A model generated the notes under the pieces. The model did no database searches, was not told the DNA's origin, and saw only the letters and a program-made list of their open reading frames with translations. Of a DNA stretch of 64,000 bases, positions 51,001 through 63,677 are shown one piece after another; position 1 is the stretch's first letter, and the number at the start of each line of letters is the position of its first letter. Source of the stretch: Chara braunii (lineage: Eukaryota; Plantae; Charophyceae); the NCBI GenBank assembly GCA_003427395.1, contig BFEA01000045.1, positions 3,995,619-4,059,618 of the forward strand. The letters are read 5' to 3'. A program made the position numbers and the translations under genes.

Positions 51001-54000
51001 GAAAGAGAAGAAAAACAATATATATGTTGTTGAACAACTCAGAAACTTATACCTACTTTTCCAAGATAATGTCTTTTGTGCATGCTTCTCAAAACTCTTT
51101 GGATCCAGTCGAATTCAGTTATGAATTTCTCAAGTGCAGGATCCTCGATCCAATACTGGTGTTTTTTTGCCAAACCATGGTTCTCAACATCATGATGTAT
51201 AAGCTATATCCTTGTGAATAACGACACAAAAAGGGGCAATAAAAAAATCAAATAGAAGATAAATTAATCAACTCAAAAAACGTATCTTTCCTATTGAAAA
51301 AATAAAAAAAGATAACATTCAATGTCGTATAACAATCATTGCCCTGTTCGTAAATCAGTGGCTAAGGAAGAATGTTCCAATTAGCTCATATATCTGCAGA
51401 TCCTGTTGAGATCAAGAACAAGAGGATTTAATACATTGCTTAATCAGTTGTAAAGAAGCCAAAGAATATTCAGCAAGGGCATCTGACTTATGAGACAACC
51501 TCTTTCTGTCCCCTCTTTCCGAACACCCTTTCCAACTGCTTCTCTAGACCAACGTACCGTCGAAGTTTGATAACACATAAAACATCTTGTCAGAATTAAT
51601 ATACAAGGTCATGTTCTGTGTCCTATGGAAAGAAAGTAACAACAGAACTCTAGAATGTGCCAAATAATCCATCGGAAAAGATTTTGGTGGCTATAAAACG
51701 GATTATCAAATGTTAAAATATGGGTAGGGAACATTCAATAAATTCCAACACACATCGTAGGCAGAAAGCAAAGTGACATGGATAGATGGACTTAAGGTAA
51801 AAGGACTGACACAAATCAAGCAAATCAACACTTCGAGAGACCAACCTAACACAAGAGGAAGCAACTCTAATCTGAATGTGTCATGACATCTAGAAGGATT
51901 TGCAGAAGAGGGCCGATGCTAAGTATACATGGATAAACCATGACATGGAAAACTAGAAGAAGTCATCGATATGGTCCAACAACAATGAGTAACCGTATTT
52001 TGACTTTCTTCCCATTCCATTTGAAGCCTTCAGTTTCAAGTAGATCCGACAACTGGGGTACAGTATAGTTGAGAGGACTGGCAGTCAATTTTCCATGAAG
52101 ATGGAGTAATGAATGTCGTTCAGGGGTCCTTTGGTCGAGAAGGGACTGGACTCACACTCCTTACAATGGACATGGACCCAGGACAATCAGACCCAACGTT
52201 TTTGGGAAAAAGAAAAAGCATTAAACCACCGGTACCTTTGTCTGTTCAAAAATACTCGGCCTCCGACCTTTCAGGAGGCCGAAACGAAACGACGGCCGCC
52301 GATCAGATTGATCAACGTCGGGCTCGGCCTCCTGAAAGTTCGGGTACTGGCAGTTTAAGGTACTTAATGTACGACCATACTACATTGGTACTAGGTTACC
52401 AGAGAGACCCGAGACCACTTGCCTGATCGGGCCTAATAAAAAAATATTTTTTTTTTGTAAATTAAAAATATTTTTATTTTAAATTTGGTAAAGAATTTCG
52501 ACATGACCCTGGGGTAAAAGTTGTTCAATTTATTTTTCTGCCAACATAGTACTTTTTTGGTTTTTTGCTAGGCTACCAAAGTGCCCAAGACCNNNNNNNN
52601 NNNNNNNNNNNNNNNNNNNNNNNNNNNNNNNNNNNNNNNNNNNNNNNNNNNNNNNNNNNNNNNNNNNNNNNNNNNNNNNNNNNNNNNNNNNNNNNNNNNN
52701 NNNNNNNNNNNNNNNNNNNNNNNNNNNNNNNNNNNNNNNNNNNNNNNNNNNNNNNNNNNNNNNNNNNNNNNNNNNNNNNNNNNNNNNNNNNNNNNNNNNN
52801 NNNNNNNNNNNNNNNNNNNNNNNNNNNNNNNNNNNNNNNNNNNNNNNNNNNNNNNNNTTTTTTTTTTTTTTTTTCCGCTAGGACCGTTTCTGGTCCTTAC
52901 ACGGCCAGGTTGTCCTGGAAAATATTTTTTTTTTTTTTTTTCCGCTAGGACCGTTTCTGGTCCTTACACGGCCAGGTTGTCCTGGAAAATAGGGTAATCC
53001 GGCTGGCCCGACTGGCAGCCTAGGTTTTTTGTGATTTTTTTTTTTTTTTGGGGACCTTTTTTTGCCCTTGCTCGGCCGGGCCGCCCTGGAAAATAGGGTG
53101 ACCCGGGCGGCCCAGCTGGAAGTCTAGCACGAGTATAAAAAAAAAATAAAAAAATACAAAGTCAGCGAATTGAAGCTTAATAGTCTTATATAAGGGCAAA
53201 TTTTGAAGTTCAATCATACATGGGATACTTGGAAATGAGAAATCTTCACAAACAAAGAATTATGCTTCATATTATTTCCTTTGCTTCACTACCGACAAAT
53301 TGAACAGGAGGGGGAGGGCAGGTGGGGAAGTGTAGTAAGACGATGAAGTGGTAGTAACTGGAGGAGGTGGTGTAGGAGTAGTAGAAGGTAGAGAAGGACT
53401 AGAAGGATGAAAAAAAGATGGAAATCCAATGTGTGGATATATCAACGAGATACCCACTTTCCCTATTTAAGATTATGCTTTTTTTCTTTTTTTTTTGGAA
53501 CTACATATAAGGGAGCGAGCTTAGAAACATCGGTGGGGAAATATTAACTAAACATGCGCATCTTTCTTAGAGGCATTATATTCTTTTTAATGAAATGCAA
53601 CCTTAGAGAACTTACCAATGGAAGTGAGAAATACAAAGAGTTTTAACGTTTTTGAAAGATCAACATAATTGTACAAATCAGAGATAAATAGACAGTCCAA
53701 GAAGTAAATGAAACAACGTTTGCAAACTTATATGGGGAAGATGATGATAAGAATGATATACCTCTGCGAGTTGGATGGTTGAGTCACTAGGCACAGATAA
53801 ATGTTCATCTAAGTCATCCAACAATGCATCCAGTTGACCAGATTTTGTGATACGTTGTGGCCGTTTCAGACCTTGTTCGGGCGGGGCATAACTCTCTGAG
53901 AAAATTTCAGGAATGAAAACGTGAAAATGGTCCATTAATCCATTAACGTTGTTTGCATAAAGCATTTGGAACCTCTGTGGCTGTATATAGCCGTTGAAAA

Positions 54001-54492
54001 TGACATGTGTACGAGAAAATTGATAATAAGGACTCTGAACGGTTTGCATCTTCCACTTCCCTCCTTGTTTAAGATTCAAACGGACTGGAGGTATCAATTC
54101 CTGATCCACCTTGTGCTGGCTTGTGACAAATATTTATTTTACTAAAAGTTCATTTTCCAATGCAATGAGTTTCGGATTCACGTTTTCCAACAGTGTTTCA
54201 AACATTTTTTCAAACGTTTTCTGCAAAAACATACGAAAGAAAAAATAGTACATAAACACCCCAAGAAGAGAGAAAAATTGAACTTTGTCAAATTAACTAC
54301 AAGCTAGAAAAAAATAAAGATGTTGCAAACAAAAGTCACTTGTAATTCGTGATCAATTCACAGTTGACACAACTTAGAGAATAGAAAAGAAAGATGAAAC
54401 TTATATTCCATCATCCAATTATGGATGAATTAATGGTTTTGAGTTGAGGCCTTGAAACGCACAAAATTGTTAAGTGTGCCAAACTGCGTACC
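48090..54492 (-). pseudogene. Unidentified multi-exon pseudogene(s)
   Basis: Coding-like exons with splice signals and scattered stops at ~54492-54405, 54220-53762, 52240-51995, 51204-51054, 50556-50138, 49653-49240 and 48650-48130. No family recognised. Confidence 0.45.
52392..53127. mobile_element. TAGG(C/T)TACCAG-ended MITE family copy with a nested related copy
   Basis: Reverse-complement match to 33943-34238. Inner TAGGCTACC...GGCAGCCTA at ~52569-53022 spans a gap. Confidence 0.55.
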
Positions 54493-54749
54493 TGATTAAC
54501 ACTTACCAGGTGAAAGTGACTTGATTTTCATTCCCAAAATGGATGTGAAGCTAAGATCATAAGGAGTACTAGGTACTCTTCTCTATTATGGGATGAGTGT
54601 GAGTTTCAACCTATCTGGCTCTTTATACTCATAATGACCGCAATAAACTCAAAATTTACACACAATGAGTATTGATTAAGTTTGCGTACTTATAATTTAT
54701 AAAAAAACACAACTACCTCCGGTCCTGTTTTTACCGACCCTGAATTTCA

Positions 54750-55040
54750 CTGTGCACAGAGTTTTGCACCATGGGTCCCATTGTATTCTCTTTTCTGGCA
54801 CATTACCCAGACTGACTGTGCATAGTGAGACTTTACGTGGAAATTACCGAAATGACTTTCTGCGCACAAAGTTTTGTAGCATGGGTCCTATTGTATTCTC
54901 TTTCCTAACACATTACCCAAACTGATTGTGCATAGTGAAATTTTACGTGGAAATTACCGAAATGACTCTCTGCGCTCAGAGTTTATATGAGATAGACCTA
55001 CACTCAGTGTGCATAATGAGACTTTACATGGAAAATACCC
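54750..55040. repeat. ~110-bp tandem repeat (about 2.5 copies)
   Basis: GCACAGAGTTTTG..CATGGGTCC..GTGGAAATTACCGAAATGAC repeated. Confidence 0.75.
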
Positions 55041-55914
55041 ATACTAAGCCAAAATACTCGGACTTTAATTGAAACAATTTCAGATTCGGCGTGTATTATG
55101 AGACGTTAGTTTGACTAGAGACAGACTCTCTACGTTTAATCAAAGTTAGTAGTCATACTTCCATCGCTCGAACATGCTTACACCCAGTTATTGTACACAA
55201 CACAACCTGAGCACTCTCAATCTCAATGTTTTTTTTAACTCTAATTCAAATTGGTTAATACTTTCAGTACCTTCCTCTATGGAAGTACCGAATATCTATT
55301 AAGAGCAAATTTTAAATTTCCAACACCAAAACAAAACAAACAACATAGAAGTCAGAGTAACCAGGCTATCGCGATCAGGAAACAAGCATGAAATTTCAGA
55401 TTACAAACCCAATGAAAAACCCACGTGAAAAAAAAAACCTATTTGAAAAGGAACAAGAGAGGGGAAAAAATATGAAAGGCCATTCGGTCATTCAATCAAT
55501 CAGTCAGATTGGTTGGTCGTCTGAATAGTGATCAGTTAATCGCTAAGACAATCATTGGATTGTACACCTCTCTCCCCCCCTCAGCAAATAACACTGGAAA
55601 ACACAAAAAAAGTCAGACATGGGCTGCTTTCCGTGGGTGCAGAAAAACCACACCAACCATAATGAAAAAAAAAGAAAATCCTTACACATTCTACATGCCC
55701 GGAGTTCACACCCAAGCGGAGACAATCACATTTCCGCACACACTGTATCACAACAACCAACGTCCCGGAATATGCAAGCACATAGACAAAAGGGGTGAAA
55801 CAAAGAGGAAGCGAAAAAAAAAACCCTAATAATACTAATCTAAGCTATAAATACACCCCTTAAAAAAAAAAAAAAAAAAAAAAAAAAGCTCATCGAAGGG
55901 AAAAAAAGAGTGTC

Positions 55915-56042
55915 GTCCTTTTGGACATCTGTTAAAATTTGAGCGTTATGGAGAAAAAAAAAAAAGGAAGCAAAAGATTACCATGGTCCCTGCGCTTTCA
56001 CGGATGACACGTATAAAATTGGGGAAAAAAGTTAAAATTTTT
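55915..56042 (+). pseudogene. U6: U6 snRNA pseudogene (plant-type)
   Basis: Colinear with plant U6: GTCC..GGACATC..TAAAATT..GAGA[A-rich insert]AAGATTACCATGGTCCCTGCGC..GGATGACACGTATAAA..AAATTTT. The ACAGAGA box and AGC triad are mutated. Confidence 0.85.
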
Positions 56043-56211
56043 AAAATTTTAAAAAATAAAGAACAAGATGGCGAGAGGGGAAATCAAGATGTTAAAAACA
56101 TCAATAAACAAAAAAGAGGGATATAAAAGCTTCTTGGAAGAAGGATCTACAAGCTCCCAGCAGGCCACGTCACCAATGAATGAGTTGAAAAAAAAAAAAA
56201 AGTTGTTTCAC

Positions 56212-56354
56212 CTCCGATGCCACGTCATCAAGCTGTCTTTTCATGACATATGGATCTGCCAAATTCACAATCTTCGGCTTTACGCTTCCAACGTCCTCTC
56301 CCCCTGATGCTCCTTCCCTGTGAGCCGCCTGAATGCTCGACTCCTTAACACCTT
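56212..56354 (-). pseudogene. SPCS2: Signal peptidase complex subunit 2 (SPC25/SPCS2)-like first-exon fragment, copy 1
   Basis: KPKIVNLADPYVMKRQLDDVASE followed by a GT donor. Matches the N-terminal K..NL.D...+K..LD+..SE motif of plant SPCS2. No downstream exons seen. Confidence 0.6.
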
Positions 56355-56367
56355 CACTCTTTCTCTC

Positions 56368-56400
<33 letters not shown>

Positions 56401-56504
56401 TTCTCTCTTTCTCTCTCTCTCAGCTTCTGGGAAGCATCTACAAGCTCCCAACACGCCACGTCATCTATCAATGAGTTGGAAAAAAAAAAACGTTGTTAAT
56501 TCAC

Positions 56505-56651
56505 CTCCGATGCCACATCATAAAGCTGTCTCTTCCCCACATATGGATCTGCCAAATTCATACTCTTCGGCTTCATGTTAACCCTTTCAACGCCCTCTAC
56601 CCCTGATGCTCCTTCCCTGTGAGTTGCCTAAACGTTCGACTCCTCAACACC

Positions 56652-56655
<4 letters not shown>
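56505..56655 (-). pseudogene. SPCS2: SPCS2-like exon fragment, copy 2 (more degenerate)
   Basis: KPKSMNLADPYVGKRQLYDVASE plus GT donor. Part of a ~290-bp tandem duplication. Confidence 0.55.
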
Positions 56656-56715
<60 letters not shown>

Positions 56716-57125
56716 GTGTGTGTGTGTGTGTGTGTGACACACATATGNNNNNNNNNNNNNNNNNNNNNNNNNNNNNNNNNNNNNNNNNNNNNNNNNNNNN
56801 NNNNNNNNNNNNNNNNNNNNNNNNNNNNNNNNNNNNNNNNNNNNNNNNNNNNNNNNNNNNNNNNNNNNNNNNNNNNNNNNNNNNNNNNNNNNNNNNNNNN
56901 NNNNNNNNNNTGTAGGGTGTTGAAGAGAAGAGGAACACGCTCTCTCACTATCATTGATCTCTCTCTCTCTCTCACACACATACACATCTCCTTGTCTCCC
57001 CCTTTTGGCTCCCTCTCTCTCTCTCTCTCCATCCAAATGGAACAGTTGGACGAACTGAAAAATACTCTTATTCGCCCCTAACTTGCAGACAAAGAGTTGG
57101 TGAGAGAAAGTGGTGGGGAGAACGT

Positions 57126-57874
57126 TGTCGGGCCAAATACCCTTACAAGGGTATTTGGCCGTGATTTTGCAACCGACAGGTCGGTTGTGCCGACCACCTC
57201 AAGGGAATTAATATGAGCTTGGAATTTCGTATAAGCGCTCACATCATTGTGATGCGCGCTGTGATAGTTAGGATCGACACTGATACCCTTCGACCAGGAA
57301 GGTCGAGGGGTTTGAGTTGGTTACTGTCATGTCAGGGTACATCTATGACACACAAAATGGCAACTTTGTTCGGCCTCAAGTACTCGACACATCTACCTTT
57401 ACTAGGTATAGTACCAACCTACCCGCTACTTGGGTGTTTTCCTCTCGGCGACCCTCGATGACGCAGCCATGGGTCAGTACCGGCTCGTCATGCCTTCCGA
57501 TCAAGCAAGTGTCCTTGTGCGCACTCAAGCCGACAAGCGCTTAGGCAGGCATGACCAGCGAAAGTGCATTTACTCACAGGATGGGTGGGGCTCAGGCCAC
57601 TTAGTGGAATCGAGCCCGATACTGCACTTAGACCTGAGCTGCTCCTCTTCTAAACGAAGTTGGAGCTAGCTTGGTAGGATTCAGTATTGGCCTTAGAAGT
57701 GAGGAGTGCGGGGATCAAAACCTACCGACCACTAAGACTAGCGCCCTTTTGACAAGGAGCTCTACAATTTTTTTCCCCGACCCCGGGGTAGCGGGGAATT
57801 GAACTCGTGACCTGCGGTCTACGAGTAGTTAGGGGTGAAAAGGTTAAGGCTCCTCCCCGTGGCAGGTGCCGACA
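57126..57874 (+). mobile_element. Candidate LTR
   Basis: TGTCGG...CCGACA termini, purine-rich tract upstream and TGG-starting PBS-like sequence downstream. No TSD or partner LTR seen. Confidence 0.35.
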
Positions 57875-60186
57875 GTTGGCACAACGGGATAGTTGGTAGT
57901 AGTTTTCTTGGTTCCTTTCTTTCTTTATTTTTATTTCTTTTATTTTCTTTCCTTTTACTTGTGTTGGTAATTGGACTCGATTTTAGCCACTCTTAGATCG
58001 CTCTCGCGAATCTGACTCCGAGTGTAGGACAGATTCAGCGAGGGAGATTGCAAGAGAACCGGTAGAGCCGGATCTGCCTGGCGCTTGGGTCTCCCGCGGA
58101 GGACGAGCAAAGGACGAAAGGGGGGTGCGAGGAAGGAGCGGAGACAAGATATGCCAAAGAAGAGGCAGGCGTGGGGATAGCGCATGCAGTCAAGATAGCG
58201 CCTGCAGACGGTCGAGATAGCGTAGGAGTAGGAAAGAGAAAGGCGCAAGAGGAAGGAGGAGAAGGAGGAAGAAGAGGAAGGAGACAAAGTTGGAAGAAGA
58301 GGAAGGAGACGGAGAAGAAGGGGGAGAAGGAGGAGGAAGGAGAAGGAAAAGGGAGAAGGAAGGAGAAGTCAGGGGATAAAAAACTTACCTCCCTTACGGT
58401 CGGCGACGACGATATCCTGGCGCGGATCTTCGGACCTCATACTTGAGCTACGAAGGGCACCGACTGGCTGATTACGACGACGAAGAGGGAGTGGAAGGGA
58501 AACAGGTAAGTCTTGGATCGCACGACTTACCTCATAGTACTGCCATCGATCGAATGAGAAAAACCAAATGAACCCACCGCTAGACTTAGTAAGGGTGCAC
58601 TACTACCTATGTGAGTGTGCGCGTGATCGTGCGTGTGCGTGCGTCTAAGAGTGTGTGAGTCACAAACCTCGCAGCTGAGCTCGCGGTACTTCCATCGATA
58701 GGATCAACAAAATCGAATGAATCTAATACTAGAACATGGAAAATATACATTGCCGCGCGTGTATGTGTGTGCGTGTGTGTGTGTGTGAGAGAGAGAGAGT
58801 ACTCGATCGACTTAGGCCGCGGCTGGCCTCGCGCAACTTCCATCGAAAGAATGAGCAAAGTTGATCGAATCTTTACTATGTGTGTGTGTGAGTGTGCGAG
58901 CGAGGGAGAGAGAGAGTGAACGACCGTAGAGGTGTATACAAACATATCAAGGTTGCTTATGTTTGAGGGTGAGGAGTAGGGTGTAGAGATTGTTTTGGGC
59001 CAAGTATGATGTTGATTGATTCGAATGCACGTTATCCATGTATGCGGAAGTGCTGGCTGTGGGTTGGGTCCGTTTCCGTTTCGATCTAGACTGTGACAAT
59101 CGATGAAACATTGGACTGGGCACCAAGCTATCTCCGTTCTTGTTGAAGACGTACTTGAGGAAATAATCTCGCGTGATTCCGACGTTGCCAGGTTTAAGGA
59201 TGGGTGAGGCGAGTGCTGTTTTCGTCTAGTGGCGGTGCATATATCATACAAAGTCAGATTTGTGGCCGTCGTTGTTGTTGAGATATTCGAGTAGAAAAAA
59301 TCTCAATGCTCACCATGTGCGTAGAAAAAATCATCACTTCTATCCTTTCTCGGTTCCAATGTGGGTTGCACATTTGGACCCCTCCGGTGACACAGTGCGT
59401 TCGGCGGTTAACATTCATAGCTACATAGTGCCGTTTTCAATTTGCTGATTGATTGAGTGCTTGATTGGGCGGGGAAGTATCATATGAATTTGTTTAGTTG
59501 GTGCTCTGCTCTGCTACCATCACTTTGTATACAGCGTGTTCTGTCAAGTGTTCCTGTCCTCCGAGTCCATCCGCGTGCTGATTCCCTATGATTGCTCTTT
59601 GTCGCGCATTTTCTTTGTGTGAAGAGAGAGAAAGAGAGAGAGAAGAAAGAGAGGGAGAGGTAGCGAACGATGGAGAAGAAAAGGGAACAAGTGGGAAAGG
59701 GGGAGAAGAGAAAAGCGCAGAGGGAGGAAATAATGGGTGCGCAAGGAACAAAGAGCCGCGCGTGATGCAAGGAGGGCATGCGAGCGCAGGAGGGAAAAGA
59801 AAGATGCAAAGACAGGTGAAAAAGGGGCATGCTCGAAGAAGGAAAGAGCACTACTTAATAAATGATATAGGTAGGGAAGGAAAAAAACACTTTGTGGTTC
59901 GGGGAGTGTCATGATCTCGCGGTCACAGGAAGTGAAGTAAGCAACCATTAGCAGGAGAGATAATGAGCGGAAGAAGAATAAAAAGAGGAAAGAGAAGAAG
60001 AAAATGATGTAGGGGGAAGATGAACAGAAAAGGGAGGAGAATGAGTGGGAAAAGAATTACCTAGTCACACGTTGATTGTCACCACTGCAGTCAGGCAACA
60101 AAACCTTCAAGCATAACACACCCTCGTTGTCATAGTGTCTGACCAGTAAGGTAACTCGAATTCATTCATTGTTACTATTAGTATTA

Positions 60187-60238
<52 letters not shown>

Positions 60239-60702
60239 ACTCAGTAGGCATGAGCCATCAAATCTTGCTGATTTCATCCCTGACCTTTGTACACACCGGT
60301 CGTCGCTCCTGCCGATTGAATGGTCCGGTGAAATGTCCGAATTACAGTGAGCTCGACAGTTGGACGTTGGGGTTACTGTATTAGGCTCACCGACAGGAAA
60401 GGACAGAAGCAGACAGGAAACAGAAAGACACAGATAAGTACGAACAAACATGATATAGCAGACAGATATTCACAAAGATAAGTAGAAGGACACAGGGAGT
60501 GAGAGAGAGAGATTGAGGATGTGACAACACATACCTGGTACTGGCGGTGGTCTGCAGGGGCTGACAGTTTCAGACACCCCGGTTCTGCTGCCGACCGTCA
60601 ACAGTAGCGCTGTCAACTCGTAAGCTAATAGTAGCTGCATGACGGTAAGATGGACTCTGATTGCCAAGTAGGAGGAGGGGCATTGAATATCGTTGTTGGT
60701 GA

Positions 60703-61205
60703 GCTTCAGCCACTTCAGCGGTTTCAGGTCCCCTCCTGAATCTGAAAGGGGTTTCAGGTACCCCCATCCAAATGGTTGGATGAGGGTACCTGAAACCCCT
60801 TTCAGAAGCTTCAACCACTTCAGCGGTTTCAGGTTNNNNNNNNNNNNNNNNNNNNNNNNNNNNNNNNNNNAACCACTTCAGCGGTTTCAGGTTTCCACCT
60901 GAAATTCCTGAAATAACCTGAAGTGGCTGAAGCTTCTGAAAGGGGTTTCAGGTACCCCCATCCAACCATTTGGATGGGGGTACCCGAAACCCCATTCAGA
61001 AGCTTCAGCCACTTCAGCGGTTTCAGGTCCCCACCTGAAATTCCTGAAACAACCTGAAGTGGCTTAAAAAACAGGCAGAAAAAAAAAAAAAAAAACCATA
61101 AAACTTGTCCTGCAAACCACCCGAAACTTCTGAAATGACCTGAAGTGTCTTCAGGCTATTTCACCGGTTTCACCACTTCAGAATCTTTCATTATGAAATT
61201 TCAGG
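60703..61205. mobile_element. Fold-back repeat/MITE-like element, same family as 1325-1708
   Basis: Near-identical hairpin units GGGGTTTCAGGTACCCCCATCCAA..TTGGATGGGGGTACC..AAACCCC. Confidence 0.7.
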
Positions 61206-61319
61206 TGGTCGTTAACTGCGAGTCGGATACACGATCACCCATAGACAAATAGGGACAGACACACGGAGACACATCGAGAGACACAGAAAGACGCAGAGAC
61301 ACAAACACACGAAGAGAGA

Positions 61320-62270
61320 AGTTAGGTCGATGTTGTGAGGCACGTAACCGGTCTTAGGATAAGTTGCATGGGATGACATTTTCATGTACTTTGGATTTGC
61401 CACGGACGTCAACAGTTGCATTGTAGATTCGTCGTTGACAGTTGATGCATGGTAGTAGTCAGGATGCAGAGCGCCAAATGAGAGAGGGGAACCGAGTGCT
61501 TAGGTTGGCGACGGCAAGGGTATACTCCCATTGAACGACAATACAGTGATTTTGTTCCCTGTTGACATGGCATAGGTGCAATTCTGCTTTCGGGACTGTG
61601 CCTGATTTCCGAACGCTGAATAGAAGTTTGCAGTCTGAAAAATATGTCGTTTTACCATTGTAAAATTTTATTGCATCATAACTGTTATTATTACTACTAT
61701 TGTTATTATTATCTTTTAAGAGGAAAAGTCCACGGTACAGACCCGAACTCGAATTCAAAGTCAAGGGGGCCTAGACCAAGGAAGGCCAAGTCAGTCGGTT
61801 TTTAAGGAAGTCACAGTCGAGCGCCTTAGGAGTCTAGCCCCACAGCCACCTGGTGGACAGTCACATCCCGGGCAAAGGTCACGTCTCGTATTAAAAAGGT
61901 TTATATTGCAAGAACATGTTCCGCAGGCAAAGGACGTTTCTCTCAAACAAGGGGGGTCATGTCCCAGAAGACAAGAGTCACACCCCATAGTTGAAGGTCA
62001 TGTCTCACGAGTAAAGGTCATGAAACCCAAGCCCAAGCATGCGGTACCACAGTTGGATGGGTCTATTGCGGCAGAGGCAAGGACAGCCTGAACGAGGTTC
62101 GAAGACGAATATAAGGACAGGCCAGCCTCTCGCTCAGACAGGTTGTTAATTCGCATGAGAAATGTGGAAATGTTGCGGCATTTGTGCACGGATGAGAGGT
62201 GCGGAAACACTGATAGGATGTCGCGGAGGTATGCAGGAACCGAAGTCAAAATAAGTTGAAAGGCCAAAGG
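61320..62270 (-). pseudogene. Cys-rich decayed ORF, possibly pre-SET/SET-like
   Basis: CGTCSC...CPGCDCPPGGCGARLL followed, after a frameshift, by SSSGLYRGLFLLKD..IKFYNGK..TYAM. Canonical SET C-terminal motifs not seen. Confidence 0.25.
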
Positions 62271-62589
62271 TCGGTCATAACAAACAATTAACTGTAAGAG
62301 AGAAAGGAGTGGTCATAGCCACCGCATCAGCAAGGCGTGTGTATGTACATCAGTGTGTGGGATATCCAGGGCGGATCCTAGGTTGAAAGCAAATGCGCTG
62401 TGTATATGTGTGAGCAAGTAGCTGAAGGTACGGCATTCGGGGGCGGGGAAAGGTTTTATTGAGTGCTATGTACCATAGCCATGTTCGAGAGAAGCCAATA
62501 AATCAAAAGGGTCATACCTATGAATCTACGTAGATATTTTATAAGTAAATCAAATATCATTCGATTATCATTGTCGTTTATTAATTGTT

Positions 62590-62591
62590 AC

Positions 62592-62652
<61 letters not shown>

Positions 62653-62740
62653 TTATTACTATTACTATTATTATTATTATTATTACTATGATTGTTGTTA
62701 TTGTAATTATCATTATTATTATTATTACTATTATTATTGT
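62590..62740. repeat. (ATT)n microsatellite
   Basis: Direct observation; another copy at 60180-60237. Confidence 0.95.
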
Positions 62741-63677
62741 TAACATGTGACATTACATGCTAGAATGGGGGTTGGAGGTAGGAAGGGTGTAAGACAATGA
62801 AGAGGGGAGGATCGTCAACAAAGTATGACGGCTTCTACCTCCCTCATCATCCTCCGCCTCTCCTATGTCTAAAACCCCTTGCATACCAATCTCGTCAACA
62901 ATAATGTGAAAATGGTGTTCTCAATTGCTAGCTGAAATTAATTCTTAAACACAAGAGACTACGATATCGTACTTGGTCCGTTTAGACGCATCCACTTGAC
63001 AGGGCGATTGCGGGAGCTCTGCCGGGGTTCAGGAGGAACTCTGGAGGCGGGGAGCAGTAAGGTATGCACGCTTCTGTCTAAAATTCTAAACCCTATACCT
63101 AAACCTTAAATCTGTAACCTTCACACAATTGTCTGTGCCTTTACTTGAGTCAGGATCTCCATGATCAAACTCAGGCCTAGAAGAAAAGGGAAAGTCTTCG
63201 TATAAAGTAGAGCAAAGTTTGTAGAAAGGATGATTGTGTGAAATGGATCTGACTGAGTATGACTAACTGTTGTTGATAAACATGGCGAGAACGAGAAGTC
63301 CCGAGTTACTGTTTGCTATGCGAATGTTTCTTTGAGGGGGATGTGGCCGCAGGGGGATTGACTCCATGCAGTCTTCCCTTGCTTAATAACACCACCTGAG
63401 CAGTGATAAGGGATGGGGTCCATGGTGGATTGAAGGACTTGTGCATGATATGATCGGATACTGTAATGATAGACTACGTCTACTAAATCTTGACTATGCT
63501 TGCATCCTCTTAAACAGTCCAAAGCTAACACAGCAAGGGGATCAGGCGGACGAGTTTAAGACATAGGGTTCGCAGCCTCGTACGGCCTACCCGCATATTC
63601 TTAAAGGCTTCCGATTGATCCAGGGCTCAAGTGGCATCAGAAGCAACGACCAAGTCGACGCGATAGTGGCACGAATG

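Noticed and set aside
51170-51204. LIHHDVEN as a TET/JBP HxD motif
   Set aside because: The following sequence looks helical, and no distal His/Arg of a 2OG-Fe(II) fold was found.
58607-59251. 214-aa minus-strand ORF
   Set aside because: Runs through (CA)n/(CT)n tracts with no recognisable motif; likely non-coding.
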